Shown piece by piece: positions 24,479 through 37,304 of a stretch of DNA of 64,000 bases. The position numbers and the translations under genes were made by a program. Origin of the DNA: Octopus bimaculoides (Eukaryota); contig NC_069005.1 of assembly GCF_001194135.2 (NCBI RefSeq), positions 22,450,656 through 22,514,655 on the forward strand. Reading direction: 5' to 3'. Each line of letters opens with the position of its first letter. The stretch's first letter is position 1. The notes under the pieces were generated by a model. That model was not told the DNA's origin and did not search any database. It saw only the letters and a program-made list of their open reading frames with translations.

Positions 24479-24570
24479 CACACGTGTGCTAGTGTGATTT
24501 TGTGAGCATGTATTGTGTGTACACCTGCATATGTATGTGTATACATAAACATATATATATATATTTGAAT
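24110..24570. repeat. Compound (CA)/(TA)/(TG) low-complexity region
   Basis: Direct reading. Confidence 0.9.
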
Positions 24571-25203
24571 GTGTGTGAGTATGCTATATCTATTAACATG
24601 GGTCTATGCCTATACCATGATATCACACAAGAGGGGAGGATGAGTGCAAAACAAGGCATCATGCATATTAGATTGAAGCATAGCTTACACATATAGTATT
24701 GCATTAAGGCTGCAGTCTCATAATGGCAACACATTTACAAAGAATAGTAAAGAGATGTCCAAAAGGCAAAGTTGTGTTGTTGTATCAAGTGAACCAGCTT
24801 GTTGCTCTCGTTTGTTTATCTTTTTTTTCCCCCCTCTGTGTCTCTGTCTATCTTCCATTCGCTGAGTCTCTATTTCACTATCTCCTCCTCACAGCTTCTG
24901 TTTTTCAACTAAGTAGTAGACAGTTCTTACTCAAGTGACCACCACATACAATATGTGCTCCACTTGACTGGTCTATCTTAGAGGACTACTTCCTGCACTC
25001 TCCTTAACTTTACTCACCCCTCTCTCTCTCTCTCTCTCTCTNNNNNNNNNNNNNNNNNNNNNNNNNNNNNNNNNNNNNNNNNNNNNNNNNNNNNNNNNNN
25101 NNNNNNNNNNNNNNNNNNNNNNNNNNNNNNNNNNNNNNNNNNNNNNNNNNNNNNNNNNNNNNNNNNNNNNNNNNNNNNNNNNNNNNNNNNNNNNNNNNNN
25201 NNN

Positions 25204-25236
<33 letters not shown>

Positions 25237-25989
25237 TCTTTTATATATATATATATATATCCTCTTTTGTATAAATATATATATATATTCTTTCACATAC
25301 TTTATTTTGCCAATGGTTGTGCAAAAAAATATCTCTCACCCACAGTGTAGACACACACATATAGATAGAAAGAAGGCAGAGGGGGATATTTCTGTACCTA
25401 CACATGCATGCATGTGCAAGTGTGCGCGCACATACAGACACACACGCACACACAAGAGGTTTAGGAAAAAACGAGAATGTGTGAAATGGGTGGGGGGGGG
25501 GAGAAACAAGATGTAATGTAACCAATGTCTACATTAGCTTACATAACAACAACAACAATAATAATCGTAATTGGTACCCCTCACTAATGATGTCGACAAC
25601 TTGAAACTAAGAAAAAAAACTGAACAAGAAACCTGGGACATTGTTGATGAGAATGGTGAAGTGGAGGGTGAGATGGGATGCTAGGGTAGTTCTGAGAAGA
25701 ATGGTTTCAACTGATGAACCAATAAGGGTCTCTCTATCCACTTCACTCTACATAAGGGTTAGGTGAGAAGTAATTTAATTAGCAGCAAACTACATTAACC
25801 TTTGCCTTTTCACAAACTACCCTCTTGTTGATAAGAGGGTAATGAAAGCACAATGGATGAGAATCTTCCTCCCCACCTCCCTACCCCTCTCTAGAAAGAG
25901 AAGTGGGGGAGATTCCCTTTATTATTTGCAGGTGTAAGTCTTTAAAGAGGCACAATAGCTGTAAAGTCTGGGAGAGTACTCTGTCACTT

Positions 25990-26670
25990 GGTCTACTGGC
26001 CAGTGGGTCTTTAAGTTCAAATCTTACAACTACTAGCTGTATGGTACGAAACTTGCTTTCCAACCATATGGTTCTGGGTTCAGTTCCAATGTGTGGCACC
26101 TATGTCAAGTGTCTTCTACTATAGCCTTGGGCTAACTAAAAGCTTGTGAGTGAATCTGGTAGACAGAAACTGAAAGAAGCCAGTTGTATATATAGATATC
26201 ACCATCACCATCATTTTTAACATCCACTTTCCATGGGTTAGACAGTTTGACTGAGGACTGGCAAGACAGGGAGCTGTACCAGGATCCAGTCTGCTTTTGG
26301 CTTAGTTTCTATGGCTCGATGCCCTTCCCAATGCCAACCACTCCAAAGTGTAGTGGGTGCCTTTAACATGTCACTGGCACCGGCCACAACTACGATTTCA
26401 CTTGACAAGTCTTCTCAAGCACAGCAAAGCACCAAAAGTCTCAATCACTTGTCATCAGCTCATGCATGTGTTTGTCCCCCACCACTACTTGACAATCAGT
26501 GTTGGTGTGTTTATGTCCCCTTAAATTAGTAGTTAAGCAAAAGAGACCAATTGAATAAGTACCAGACTTAGAAAAAAAAGAAGCACTGGGGTTGACATAT
26601 TTGACTACAAAATTCTTCAATGCAGTGCCCCATCATGGCCACAATCTAATGACTAAAACAAATAAAAGAT
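25990..26670 (+). mobile_element. SINE family A interrupted by an inverted RTE 3' end (26212-26455)
   Basis: A head at 25990-26190 and A tail at 26460-26670 flank the insert. Confidence 0.85.
26212..26455 (-). mobile_element. RTE LINE 3' end (family C) retaining the ORF C-terminus
   Basis: Minus strand encodes MTSD*DFWCFAVLEKTCQVK, followed by the 3' UTR and a (TGA/TGG)n tail. Confidence 0.85.
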
Positions 26671-26785
26671 AACAGCTTAAGATAAACTGGATATGGCCAT
26701 TTTAAATGCTAAAGTGTTAAAAATAAAGTACCTACTGAGACATAAAACTGATGGGTCAAGTTGTAGAGAACAGTGTAGAAAAACC

Positions 26786-26788
<3 letters not shown>

Positions 26789-26845
<57 letters not shown>

Positions 26846-26870
26846 AGAGGGAGAGAGAGAGAGAGAGAGA
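26789..26870. repeat. (GA)n microsatellite
   Basis: Direct reading. Confidence 0.97.
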
Positions 26871-27269
26871 ATAAGTTGTAGTTTGGATTGTGCAATGGTG
26901 TGGAACCATTGATGTTGCTTTCTAAGTATGACAATGGAGATTCTGTGCCAAGAATTACATCAAGCATTTGCTGACATGAAGAAGACCTTTGAGAGGGTAC
27001 CATAATCTGTAGTCTGGTTGCTGTTAAAAAATTGGGTGTAGACGAATGACTTGGAAGAGTCTTGCAAGTTATTTCCACAGGTATTATGAGTGAAATTAAA
27101 ATTAATGAGTTTAGTGTGGAATTTAGCATACAGGTAGATATTCATAAGGGCTCCGTTCACAGTTCCTTTTTATTTATTATAGTTATTTAGGCTATAATAG
27201 AAAGTTCAAGTCTAGCTATCCATGAGAACTTCTGTATACCAACAACCTAAATCTTATAACTGAATCAGT

Positions 27270-28107
27270 ATCAAAAATGGAGGAAAAGTTGTAAGACAAG
27301 GAAGCAGGGCTGAGAATCAAGACATTTAAAAATAAACTTAGCAAAGACGAAAATGTCTATTAGCAGAAAATAAAAGAATTCAGAACATCTGAGAAATGGG
27401 CAAGATCAACTTGCAGAAAAGGAGTAGGCAGGAATTCTAGACTGTGTACACAATGTAATCTATAGGTGCACACAAGAGATGCAGTGGGCTCACAAGCAGG
27501 TTAACAGAAGAGCTGCACAGGGAGTAGTTAGCAGTAATAGTATTCATCAAATTAATTCTTTCAACCCAGAGGATACATTAGAAGTAGTTGGCAGCTTTTC
27601 TTACCCATGTGACCTAATTGGAAGTGGAGGTGGGCTGTTGCCAAAATATAACAACAGGAGTAAAAAGAAAATGGAGAAAATTTAGGGAGCTGATACCTCT
27701 GCTAGCAACAATGGGATTGTCCATCTGAATATGATACTTATGTACAAAGTGCAATATTGCACGGTAGCAATAGTGTCTGTTGGAGATATAGTATTGGTGT
27801 GTTCAAATGTTGGGGTAAGAGGAATTAAATGTAGTGTGCATGAGTGGAACGTGACCTACTACAGAAATATGATGCAGATCAAAGATAGTAACTGAATAAA
27901 GAAGTGCCAAATGATTGAAGAAATCCAAGCAGAAGGAAGCTTCAGAAAAGGAAGATGAAGGAAAATAGGGGTGAGAAGTGGTGAAAGTTGACCTCAGGCT
28001 GCTGAGCCTTATGTAGGAGATGAAAAAGACCAGCAACAAATAGAGAAACGCTGTGCTGGAGAAGACTTCTCCAAACCATGTAGGCACAGAAAAACAGACA
28101 TAAAATT

Positions 28108-28110
<3 letters not shown>
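27270..28110 (+). mobile_element. Decayed RTE-clade LINE fragment (post-RT region to 3' end)
   Basis: ..KQGL.IK..KINLAKTKMS...CRKGVGRNS.LCTQC...KRCS...LEVVGSFSY..D.IGSGGG...WRKFRELIPLLAT.GL...NAVLEKT, then a ccatgtaggcacagaaaaacagacataaa tail. Confidence 0.85.
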
Positions 28111-28138
<28 letters not shown>

Positions 28139-28458
28139 TACACACACCATGTGTAATGATTTTAATGATTTCTTTGGAATGTGTGCACTTCCTCAGAGCA
28201 CTATTTCAATGTTTACATATAGGTTTGCCAGGAAATACATTGACTTATTATTTTATTAAAAATCCATATTAAAATTTATTAGAAATCATTTTTATTGTTC
28301 TTTTACTACTACTAATTATTATTATTATTATTATTATTATTATTGTATTTTACTTCTCAGAGCTCTTGATCTTACTTGCTCCAATTAATTCTGCGAGAGT
28401 GGACAGCAGTTAGTTGTTAAAGGTCTCAGCATTTCTCAGGGTCTCTTCCCATGAATTA

Positions 28459-28495
<37 letters not shown>

Positions 28496-28496
28496 G

Positions 28497-28708
28497 AAGA
28501 CAGAGAGCTGGAAGAATCGTTAGCATGCCGGGCGAAATGCTTAACGATATTTCGTCTGCCTCTACATTCTGAGTTCAAATTCTACCAAGGTTGACTTTGC
28601 CTTTCATCCTCTTGGGGGTCCATAAATTAAATACCAGTTACACACTGGGGTCGATGTAATCGACTTAATCCCTTCCCCCAAATTTGAGGCCTTGTTCTTC
28701 ATGTAGAA

Positions 28709-28712
<4 letters not shown>
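28497..28712 (+). mobile_element. SINE family B, CpG-rich copy embedded in (ATT)n
   Basis: gagagctggaagaatcgttagcatgccgggcgaaatgc...gagttcaaattc...ggggtcgatgtaatcgactt; (ATT)n on both sides. Confidence 0.92.
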
Positions 28713-28747
<35 letters not shown>

Positions 28748-29489
28748 ATAATTATTGTCATTATTATCATCATTAGGAGGAGGAGGAGGAGGAGGAGGAG
28801 GAGGGGGAGGAACAGAGTTTGTACTCATGGCTAAAAGTTTCCACCTTAGATTTACTATNNNNNNNNNNGTTTCCACCTTAGATTTACTATTTATGCCTTC
28901 ATTCACCAACAAATTATTACCATGGTGTTGTTAGTCCTAAACATGTGGTGTATCTTAAATGGTAGAAGACTTCATGTATGTAAACCTAAGCACATACACA
29001 AATACATATGGACACATACACAAGTGTGTGCAAGTGTTCATATATACATACATGTTGGGGGGGGGGTGCAAGTGTATGTGTGTATGTATGTGCATCCTAA
29101 TTTTAAAATACATACACTATGCCTTTATGCTTCATAATAAGCATGAAGAAGGCTGGTGACAAAAAGGGCATCGAGCCCTAAAAACGCTACCTCAGAAAAC
29201 TTGGCCAATACATCCATGGAAGTATGGAATAGCAGATGTAATGATGATTACACACAAGCACACACACACACGCCATGAATAAGAGAGGGAGAGAGAGAAA
29301 GACAAAGAAATAGATAGACAAATAAATAAAAATGCATTCGATTGGTTGTTTCCAAAATGAGTTTGGATGTGAATCAATAAGTGAGTTATTACCTCAGTGC
29401 CATAGCAAAGATTGTAGAAAGTAAAATACACACACACACACTACAATACAATACAACACAACCAACAATATTAATATGTAGTCAAAGAA

Positions 29490-29865
29490 TGAAGTGAAGA
29501 TAGAAGTTGTAAGAGAGGGGAGGGATATACAGGAAGAGACAGAATAAAGATGAGAGCGATGGAGAGAAAGGAATGAAGAGAAAGAGAGAGAAAGAGAGAT
29601 GTAGAGAAAAAGTGAGAAATGTAAAGAGAGAGATGTAGAGAAACAGAGAGGGGGAGAGATGGAGAGAGAGGGGGAGAGATGGAGACAAAGGGAGAGAGAT
29701 GAGATTATGAAAGATAGATGATGGGAGACATTAAGAAGGGGAGGGAGGAGAGGAGGGAGAAAGGACAAAGATGGAAAAGAGTAAGAGAACAGAGGAGAGG
29801 TGAAAACTAAACACACACACACACACTGCATATATGCGTATACATAGAGATATAGAGAGGGGGAG

Positions 29866-29908
<43 letters not shown>

Positions 29909-30140
29909 GGATAGACAGACAAAGATGAGAGGGTACAATTACTATTATACTGTGTTACTACTATTGCTGCTACCGCCACTGCTACCACTACTGTTGCTGC
30001 TATCAATACTACTACAACTGCTACTACAGTGGCTGCTCTTATGACTGCTGCCACAATAGTTGTTACTACTATCACTATCACCAATACTATTGTTCTTACT
30101 ATTATTACTCCCCCTGTTGCTACTGCAGTTGCTGTTCTTA
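29490..30140. repeat. Purine-rich tract, (GATA)n and degenerate (CTA/CTG)n triplet repeat
   Basis: Direct reading; source of spurious low-complexity ORFs. Confidence 0.9.
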
Positions 30141-31116
30141 GCAAGTGTCACCAAGTGCTTAATAAGAGCTGCACTAAAGTGCAGCATTAAATGCAGTGGC
30201 TGTCCGGAGAAGAGGATCTGGGAGTCAGCTGCAAATGGTTAAAACAACAGGGTCAATAGTAATGTAGTACATGGAGAAAGAAGGGAGCATGGTTCATGGG
30301 GGTTGGATTATGTGAGGTGGTCTATCGTGAAAGAGAGTGTCAGGATGAGAGGGTGTGGCAGGATGAGGTAGATTTTGTGTATATATGTGGTTGTATACAA
30401 TAGCAGAGATAGTGACAATAGGGAAGAGGGAAGCGTGAGAGAGAGAGAGGGGGGGGGCAGAAGGAAATAATTATAAGATGTTTGGAATAAAATTTTCTTT
30501 TTCTTTTCAACTACAATGTCAATGCTTCAGGGTGTTTCGTTCCTATAGCAACCAATCACATAAAAAATACATCTGACATATCCGCATCGAACAGAAGCAC
30601 ACTACATCACATAGATACATACAGACACATTACACACACAGCATACATATACTTACACAGACGGACAGAGATAGTTTTATTCATANNNNNNNNNNNNNNN
30701 NNNNNNNNNNNNNNNNNNNNNNNNNNNNNNNNNNNNNNNNNNNNNNNNNNNNNNNNNNNNNNNNNNNNNNNNNNNNNNNNNNNNNTATATATATACATAC
30801 ACACACACACACACACAACATATGTTAGAGCTGTCTAGCAAAATCCAATGGCAGTCACTCCTTTAATGAAATTTTATGGATGAATAGTCATATCTTGAAC
30901 TCACAAGTTTTAATTGAAGGTGGGGCATGTACAAGTGTTATTAGTGTTGGTGGTAGTGGTGTGATAACAGTAATGGTAACAACTATGGCTGCAGCATTCC
31001 TGGCACTCTTCTACTGCCTTCTTCATCTCCAGCATACAGACCCCATCTCTACTCAAGAGTGGTATGGTCAGCAACATCATCATTCAGGCCTCAGATCTGA
31101 TCAACCATTTCCTGAA

Positions 31117-31336
31117 CCCTTTAGCATTTAAACCGGCCATATCCAGTTAAAATATTCTACCCACTTTATCTTCAAACTGGCCAGATCCAGCCTCTCAAAC
31201 TTATCCTACAATATTATTCTAAAAATAAACAATCATGTCATTGAAATCTCAAAGCTACAAGATAATGCATGATGAATTGGAATTAAAGTGAATAAATGAG
31301 GATTACAATTGACAGAGAAAGCTGAATGCTGGAGGG
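31117..31336. mobile_element. piggyBac-like MITE family 1, 220 bp
   Basis: TGAA|CCCTTTAGCATT ... AATGCTGGAGGG|TTAA; interior matches 9663-9877. Confidence 0.9.
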
Positions 31337-31340
31337 TTAA

Positions 31341-32090
31341 AGCCTTCTTCATCTGATCCTTCTTTGGCCCTACAACTTGGCATCAGCCATAGTGTAACTG
31401 GCCCTTTGCCACTCAAGAGGACAACAAACAATCCGGTATCTTTATCATGCGCTCCAGTTCACACCGAGTGATCACACCTTTGATACTTTGTCAGTTGGTC
31501 CTTTGCAAGTATTTCAATGTGAGGCACCCAATGATACCAGTTAATCTTTAAAGTGTGCGGGAGGCAGCCCGTGTGGAAGCACTCTAAACCTCGAAGAGTA
31601 ACAGATGTAGGTCACCCAAGCTTCACGGCTATAGAGGAGGGTGGTGACACATACTGACCGTTACAGTGTGACAGAGTAGAGTGAGAAATGAAATCTCTTA
31701 TCCTGAAAGACTCTGCGCCTAAATCTTCCAAAGGTGGCATGAAGCTTGTTCGATGTGACTCTGGTTGTCATCATCCTCAGAGACAATGCTCCTTAGGCAT
31801 TTGAAAGATGGCACTACTGGCAATTGATCATCCCCAACAGTGAGGGCCGGTTGAATGAATGAGACACTGGTGTTCCATTGGCACCCCACTTCTGTCTTGG
31901 TGATTGACAGTCAACTCCACCTAGCTGTACACTCTTGCCACTACAGCAAGAATAATTTGAAGATCCTCTTAAGTGAGGATCACATGAGCACAGTTATTTG
32001 TATACTGCATCTCCAAGACTTGTTCTCTACAGAGTTTAGTGGTTCTGTGGAGCATCTTGATGATAAATAAATTGCCATCCAGTCTGAAAT
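31341..32090 (-). mobile_element. RTE-BovB-like LINE, RT C-terminal/thumb fragment, decayed
   Basis: DFRLDGNLF....QY(TNN for ADD)C...ITKTEV...LTVGDDQLPVVPSFKCL.SIVS...FGRFRRRVFQDK...TTLLYSREAWVTY...LECFH....LKINW...EIL. Confidence 0.85.
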
Positions 32091-32478
32091 CACAAGGGTC
32101 ATACCGACATACTCATGCAAAACACACAGTACTCCAGATATACAATACAGACACAATGTACGTTCTTATCATTGCAAAATGTGATTCAGTTGTAAAATGA
32201 AATTATCAATTATATACAAAACTGAGATCAATATTAACTTCTAATTAACAGTTAAATAGTACCCCCACTACAATGAGAACAATATAAAATACAAGTTTCT
32301 TTCATGTTACAGAAGTGCTACATTCCTGAAAGTTTTGCTATAATGTAGAATTCCATAATGCGAAACCTATTTTTTCTATTGACCTCCATGTTACAAAATC
32401 AAAGAGAAAACTCATTTCATATTACAGAGCTCCCTGTTAACACAAGATTTTTACTTCTAAAATGTGGGGTATTCCTGT

Positions 32479-32730
32479 ACTAATTAGTAGTTAACTGGTT
32501 CCTCCACTATGTTGAGATCTACATAAACAACTAATAAGCTAATTGGTATCTCCACTACCAATAATGACTAATTAAGTAATAGTTAAGCGTTTCCTCCACT
32601 ATGCTGAGATCAATAGAAGGTGCTGATTAACTAATTGGTAGTTAACTGATAGCTCAAATATGTTGAGATTAATATAAGCTACTACTTAAATACTAGTTAG
32701 TAGTTAACTAGTAGCTCAAATATGTTAACT
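32479..32730. repeat. Degenerate tandem repeat, period about 60 bp
   Basis: Core actaattagtagttaac....tatgttgagat at about 32480, 32570, 32630 and 32692. Confidence 0.75.
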
Positions 32731-32919
32731 TTAGGTACACATTTCCAGTACAAATAACTCACTTCAATCTACTTAGTTCTGTTGTAAATGAATAGTGAAT
32801 AGATTGAGCTGTATGCTAGAAATAGAAGCCAAATCTTCACAAATCAGAATCGGAAGTCTCAAAAAAGGGAAATACACAATTGGCATGATTGAAATACCTT
32901 TGATCATAGGTATGATAGT

Positions 32920-33308
32920 GGAGGCACAATGGCCCAGTGGTTAGGGCAGCAGACTTGCAGTCATAGGATCGCGGATTCGATTCCCAGACCAGGCGTTGTG
33001 AGTGTTTCTTGAGTGAAAACACCTAAAGCTCCACGAGGCTCTGGCAGGGGATGGTGGCGAACCCTGCTGTATTCTTTCACCACAACTTTCTCTCACTCTT
33101 ACATCCCGTTTCTGTTGTACCTGTAATTCAAAGGGCCAGCCTTGTCACACTGTGTCACGCTGAATATCCCTGAGAACTGTGTTAAAGGTACACGTGTCTG
33201 TGGAGTGCTCAGCCACTTGCATGTTAATTTCACAAGCAGGCTGTTCCGTTGATCGGATCAACTGGAACCCTCGACGTCGTAAGCGACGGAGTGCCAACAA
33301 CAACAACA
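32920..33308 (+). mobile_element. tRNA-derived SINE, family D, apparently full length and young
   Basis: Head GGAGGCACAATGGCCCAGTGGTTAGGGCAGCAGACTTGCAGTCATAGGATCGCGGATTCGATTCCC (A and B boxes); CpG-rich 3' end cctcgacgtcgtaagcgacggagtgc followed by a (CAA)n tail. Confidence 0.88.
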
Positions 33309-33869
33309 TAGTAAAAGACAGTTACCAAGGTGCCACACATTAGGACAAACTTGAAATTATGTGGTTAGGAAGCAAACTTCTTAACTACACAACCATGCCT
33401 GCAACTTATCTCAGACTATATTATCCAATGTGTCCCTCTTCTCTTAAAACAGTAGGGTACGATGTAAGAGATTTCCATTGTTGACAACAAATGCCAAACA
33501 AATAGTTGAATGACCAGTGTATATTACTGGTGATCATTTTCCTATTGCAGGGATGGAAGACCAAAAGGATCATAAAGCACTTGATAACATTACCTAGTTT
33601 GTTATCGAATGCTAACCAGCACCACCCCTAGTTAAATAGGAGACGAGGACAGTAAAGTAGACAGTAAAGTAGACATACAGAGGAAGGTAGGAAGATAGAG
33701 GAAGAGAGAGCTGAAATAGAAAATCAAAGAATATTTTCTGAAATGAAGGCTAATTCAAAAGAACAGCAGTGAATGAGGGAGGTGGTAATGTGCGGGAGGT
33801 GGTAATAATAGATTTGTTTGTGTGTGTGTGGTTATTTAATGTTACTGCTAGTTTAATGTATGTATAATG

Positions 33870-33914
33870 TTTGTGGGTGTACACACACACATTTAGATTC
33901 ATAATCATAGATAC

Positions 33915-33951
<37 letters not shown>

Positions 33952-34135
33952 CATACACATATATATATATATATACACATGCACACACACATGCATGTAC
34001 ATGCACACAAAGGTACATACAATATACACAACAAGCAAATACACATACATATACACAAACATGCATTCCCCCCCCCCCTACACACACACACACACACACA
34101 CCAACAACAATAACACCACCATCACCACCAACAAC
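33870..34135. repeat. Compound (TG)/(TA)/(CA)/(CAA) microsatellite
   Basis: Direct reading. Confidence 0.92.
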
Positions 34136-34676
34136 ATAAATCAGAATTACAATCCTGAAATGTCAGTTGATGACAAAGCAGAGACTGGCACTTTGAAGTG
34201 TGTGGTGAGTGAAGATTGAAACCCAGCTGCTATTGCTCACCACCGCCCAACTCCAACTCTCCAACTTCAAAGGACAATTCCAGAACTCAGTGCATTTTTA
34301 GTCTAATGCTCCATCATCGAAATGGAATGAAGTGGAAATGGAATGCTGTGGACTCATGTCAAGTTCCAACTGTTGACTCATTCGCAGAGGTATTTCGTTA
34401 TTTCTTTTGTTTGTCATTGCTGATGTTTAATCCCAAATCAACTCTGAACTAGCCATTCCAGTCATGACCATCCTGTCAACATTTTTTAATATCCACTTTC
34501 CATGCTGGCATAGATTTAAGGAAGATCTGGTTGCTATTTCTAGAAAGCTAAGTGACTATATACATTGGCTTTCTCTTTAGCTCTCCCACTTTGTGAGATA
34601 AAACATGCAGTGACCGACACTACATGAGACAAACAACAGACAGACAGACAGAGAGTCAACAATCAAAGTAACTTAC

Positions 34677-34759
34677 CTTCATTTTTCTTATCAAATGCTG
34701 GTGGTTTTAGTTCATCTTGGTTGAGATCAGTTCCATACTTTAATTTATGGTATTTGGCC
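34677..34759 (-). CDS. STRN3: Striatin coding exon, 83 bp, phase 2 to 1
   Basis: gacag|GGCCAAA...GAAG|gtaagt; (R)AKYHKLKYGTDLNQDELKPPAFDKKNE. Confidence 0.96.
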
Positions 34760-34867
34760 CTGTCATTAGAGAGAAAATAAATTACATGTAATTTAGAAAA
34801 GTTCACTTCCAAAAGGAGCCAACCCACCCTAAACATTTAAACTTCCAACACCATCATCACCAATAAC

Positions 34868-35068
34868 TGTTTCTAATATAGACACAAGAGCTGAAATTTA
34901 GAGGAGAAGGTTAGTTCATTAAATTGACCCCAGTACTTCACTGGTACTTTATTTTATCCTGAAGGATGAAAGGCAAACCTAAATTCAGCAGAACTGAAAT
35001 CTGAATTGAAAAAGCCAAAATAAATATCATGCGGCATTTTTTCAAATGTGCTAACAATTCTAATCCAC
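34868..35068 (-). mobile_element. SINE family B
   Basis: Reverse complement of family B, about 110 bp from the exon 34677-34759 acceptor. Confidence 0.8.
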
Positions 35069-36187
35069 CCCCCCCCCCAATGATATAATTTACAAGGGCA
35101 ATGAATGAGAAGGCATTGCAGAGGAGTACCCTCTCCCAGCAGTCATGCTCCAACCTACAGGTGTAAACTGAGAATAGATTTATTCGCTAAGACCATATTG
35201 AGTACTCACCTCTAACTTTTAACAAATTTATGAGGAGGGACACTATCTTACCTATATCTCCACTTTCACCTTCTTCTCTCCATGTAAAAGCGTATATTAC
35301 TATATAGCCATGAGGCTTGAGTGTAATTTGGTAGACAGAAACAGATCAGAAGCTAATGTGTGTGTGTGTGTGAGTATATTTATGTTTAAGTTGTTTAAAA
35401 CCAGGGATGTTGTTGATGTACTGTAACAGAGCAATTTGACAAATATGCATTGATAAAGTTAAGTACCAAAACTTAAAATAATTATTGGGGTTGATATGCT
35501 CAACTATTATTCTTGAATGTAGTGTCCCAAAATGGCTGCTTCTTGTAACAATGTAAGAAATATTTACTGAAAGGGATTTGGCACCTATTTCTAGCATATT
35601 AAGTCATCATATAGACTCTTATAAAACAGACCTATGATTAACAAAAAAACATTCCAACCATCTCATCTTCCTTTTCCTCTAAGTCTACATTATATGTGCT
35701 CTTTCTTTTCTAAGACAATAAGGTACGATTTGAGTAAGATTTGGCAGCTATTTCTCACAAGCCAAGCAACCATGCACCTTCTTTCCCATTAATTCAACTG
35801 CTGCATTATTATATTCATGTAGTTAACGTACATGTTTGAAAGACTAAGATTCATGATGCAGAAACAGAGAAATATCCATTCTCCAATCTCAATGAGTTGT
35901 GAAATTAAAACAAATTAATTAGTTAACCCTTAACTGATTAACAAATACCAATAAATGCATTGGCTATTTTTGAAAGTAACAGAAATGGACAGATGGTCCA
36001 TTCTCTTGAGAAATTTGGCTGCAAAAAGCCTTTCATGTTTCACAGATCTGATTATGCATAATTAAGTACTGAAATTAGAACCAACTCCACTACTCTCACC
36101 ACCATCTCTATCTCTAGCACTGCCATTATCATAATCATAATGTGTATATGTGATATAAATGCTAATATGACAGCAGTGGCCTTAATA

Positions 36188-36571
36188 TATACTTTATTTG
36201 TTTCAGTCATTTGACAACAACCATGCTGGGGCACCGCCTTGAAGTGTTTAAGTTGAACAAATCATCCCCAGGACTTATTTTTGTAAAGCCTGGTACTTAT
36301 TCTATCAGTCTCTTTTGCTGAATCACTAAGTCACAGGCAAATAAGCATACCAACACCAGTTGTCAAGCAGTGGTAGGAAACAAAACACAGACACTCTTAG
36401 ATACACACACACACACACACACACATACATATATATGATGGGCTTCCTTCAGTTTCTGTCTACCAAATCCACTCACAAGTCTTTGACTGGCCTGAGGCTA
36501 TAGGAGAAAACACTTACCCAATATGCCACACATTGGGACTGAATCCAGAACCATGTGGCTGGGAAGAAAGC

Positions 36572-36572
<1 letters not shown>
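36188..36572 (-). mobile_element. SINE family A (full length)
   Basis: Reverse complement of head and tail with internal (CA)n(TA)n. Confidence 0.9.
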
Positions 36573-36605
<33 letters not shown>

Positions 36606-36704
36606 ATACATACATATATGACCTTATTTTGCATAAAAGAGATCTGTTCAAACTACTCTGTGTGTGTGTGTGTGTATGTGTACACATGCACACACCCTTT
36701 CTAG

Positions 36705-36915
36705 GTATCACATGACAAGCATCGCCATCACTCAAGCAATGTCGTTTGTTCCTGGTCTAGAGTGAAAAAACATGTCTAGGGATCGGAAAATATTACCTTC
36801 TTTGCAAATAAGTGAGAGTTAGCAAAAAAGAAAGATGCCTGGCTGTAGAAATAACTACCTCAATAAATTCCACCTAAGTCATGCAAGCATGGAAACCTGG
36901 ACATTAAATGATGTG
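36705..36915 (+). mobile_element. SINE tail type C2 (RTE-like 3' end)
   Basis: Homologous to 43200-43450; ends catgcaagcatggaaacctggacattaaatgatg. Confidence 0.75.
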
Positions 36916-37159
36916 CAAGGGGTGTTGCCCCAGTCCACTAAGCTGACAAAAAAAAATAAATGAGTAATCTTGTGTCGGACCAGTGTCCTGTCTGAGTTAA
37001 GAAATATATATACGTCAGGGAAACTGATAAACCATGAAGACAATACAACATGACCAAACTATCACACTATATCACTTACAATAGACCATTATATGTCAGC
37101 AAGTGTAGTCTGGTACTCAACAGACTAGATAGTGGAGAGAGTACAACATGACCAAATTA

Positions 37160-37290
37160 TTTGGGGGTGTGGCATGGCCATGTTATCAGGATGCCTGATA
37201 ATCATCTCCTGAAAATATTCTTCTTCAGAGAGCTATCAACCGGTGTCTGCCCACACGGGGGATTCAAGAAGAGATTCAGGGACCATCTTA
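37160..37290 (+). mobile_element. RTE-BovB-like LINE, short C-terminal fragment
   Basis: WHGHVIRMPDNHLLKIFFFRELSTGVCPHGGFKKRFRDHL. Confidence 0.8.
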
Positions 37291-37304
37291 ATCGACCCTC
37301 GTAC

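Noticed and set aside
28837-28890. 22-bp direct repeat around 10 Ns
   Set aside because: Same assembly artefact at a gap
29394-30242. 137-145 aa ORFs rich in S/L, V/A/T or N/S
   Set aside because: Translations of purine-rich and triplet microsatellites; the same applies to the poly-RE, poly-YI, poly-CV, poly-HT and poly-N ORFs throughout the window
32920-33000. Functional tRNA gene
   Set aside because: The acceptor stem does not close and the sequence continues into a 300-bp body with a (CAA)n tail, so it is a SINE head; the same holds for the heads of families A, B, E and F
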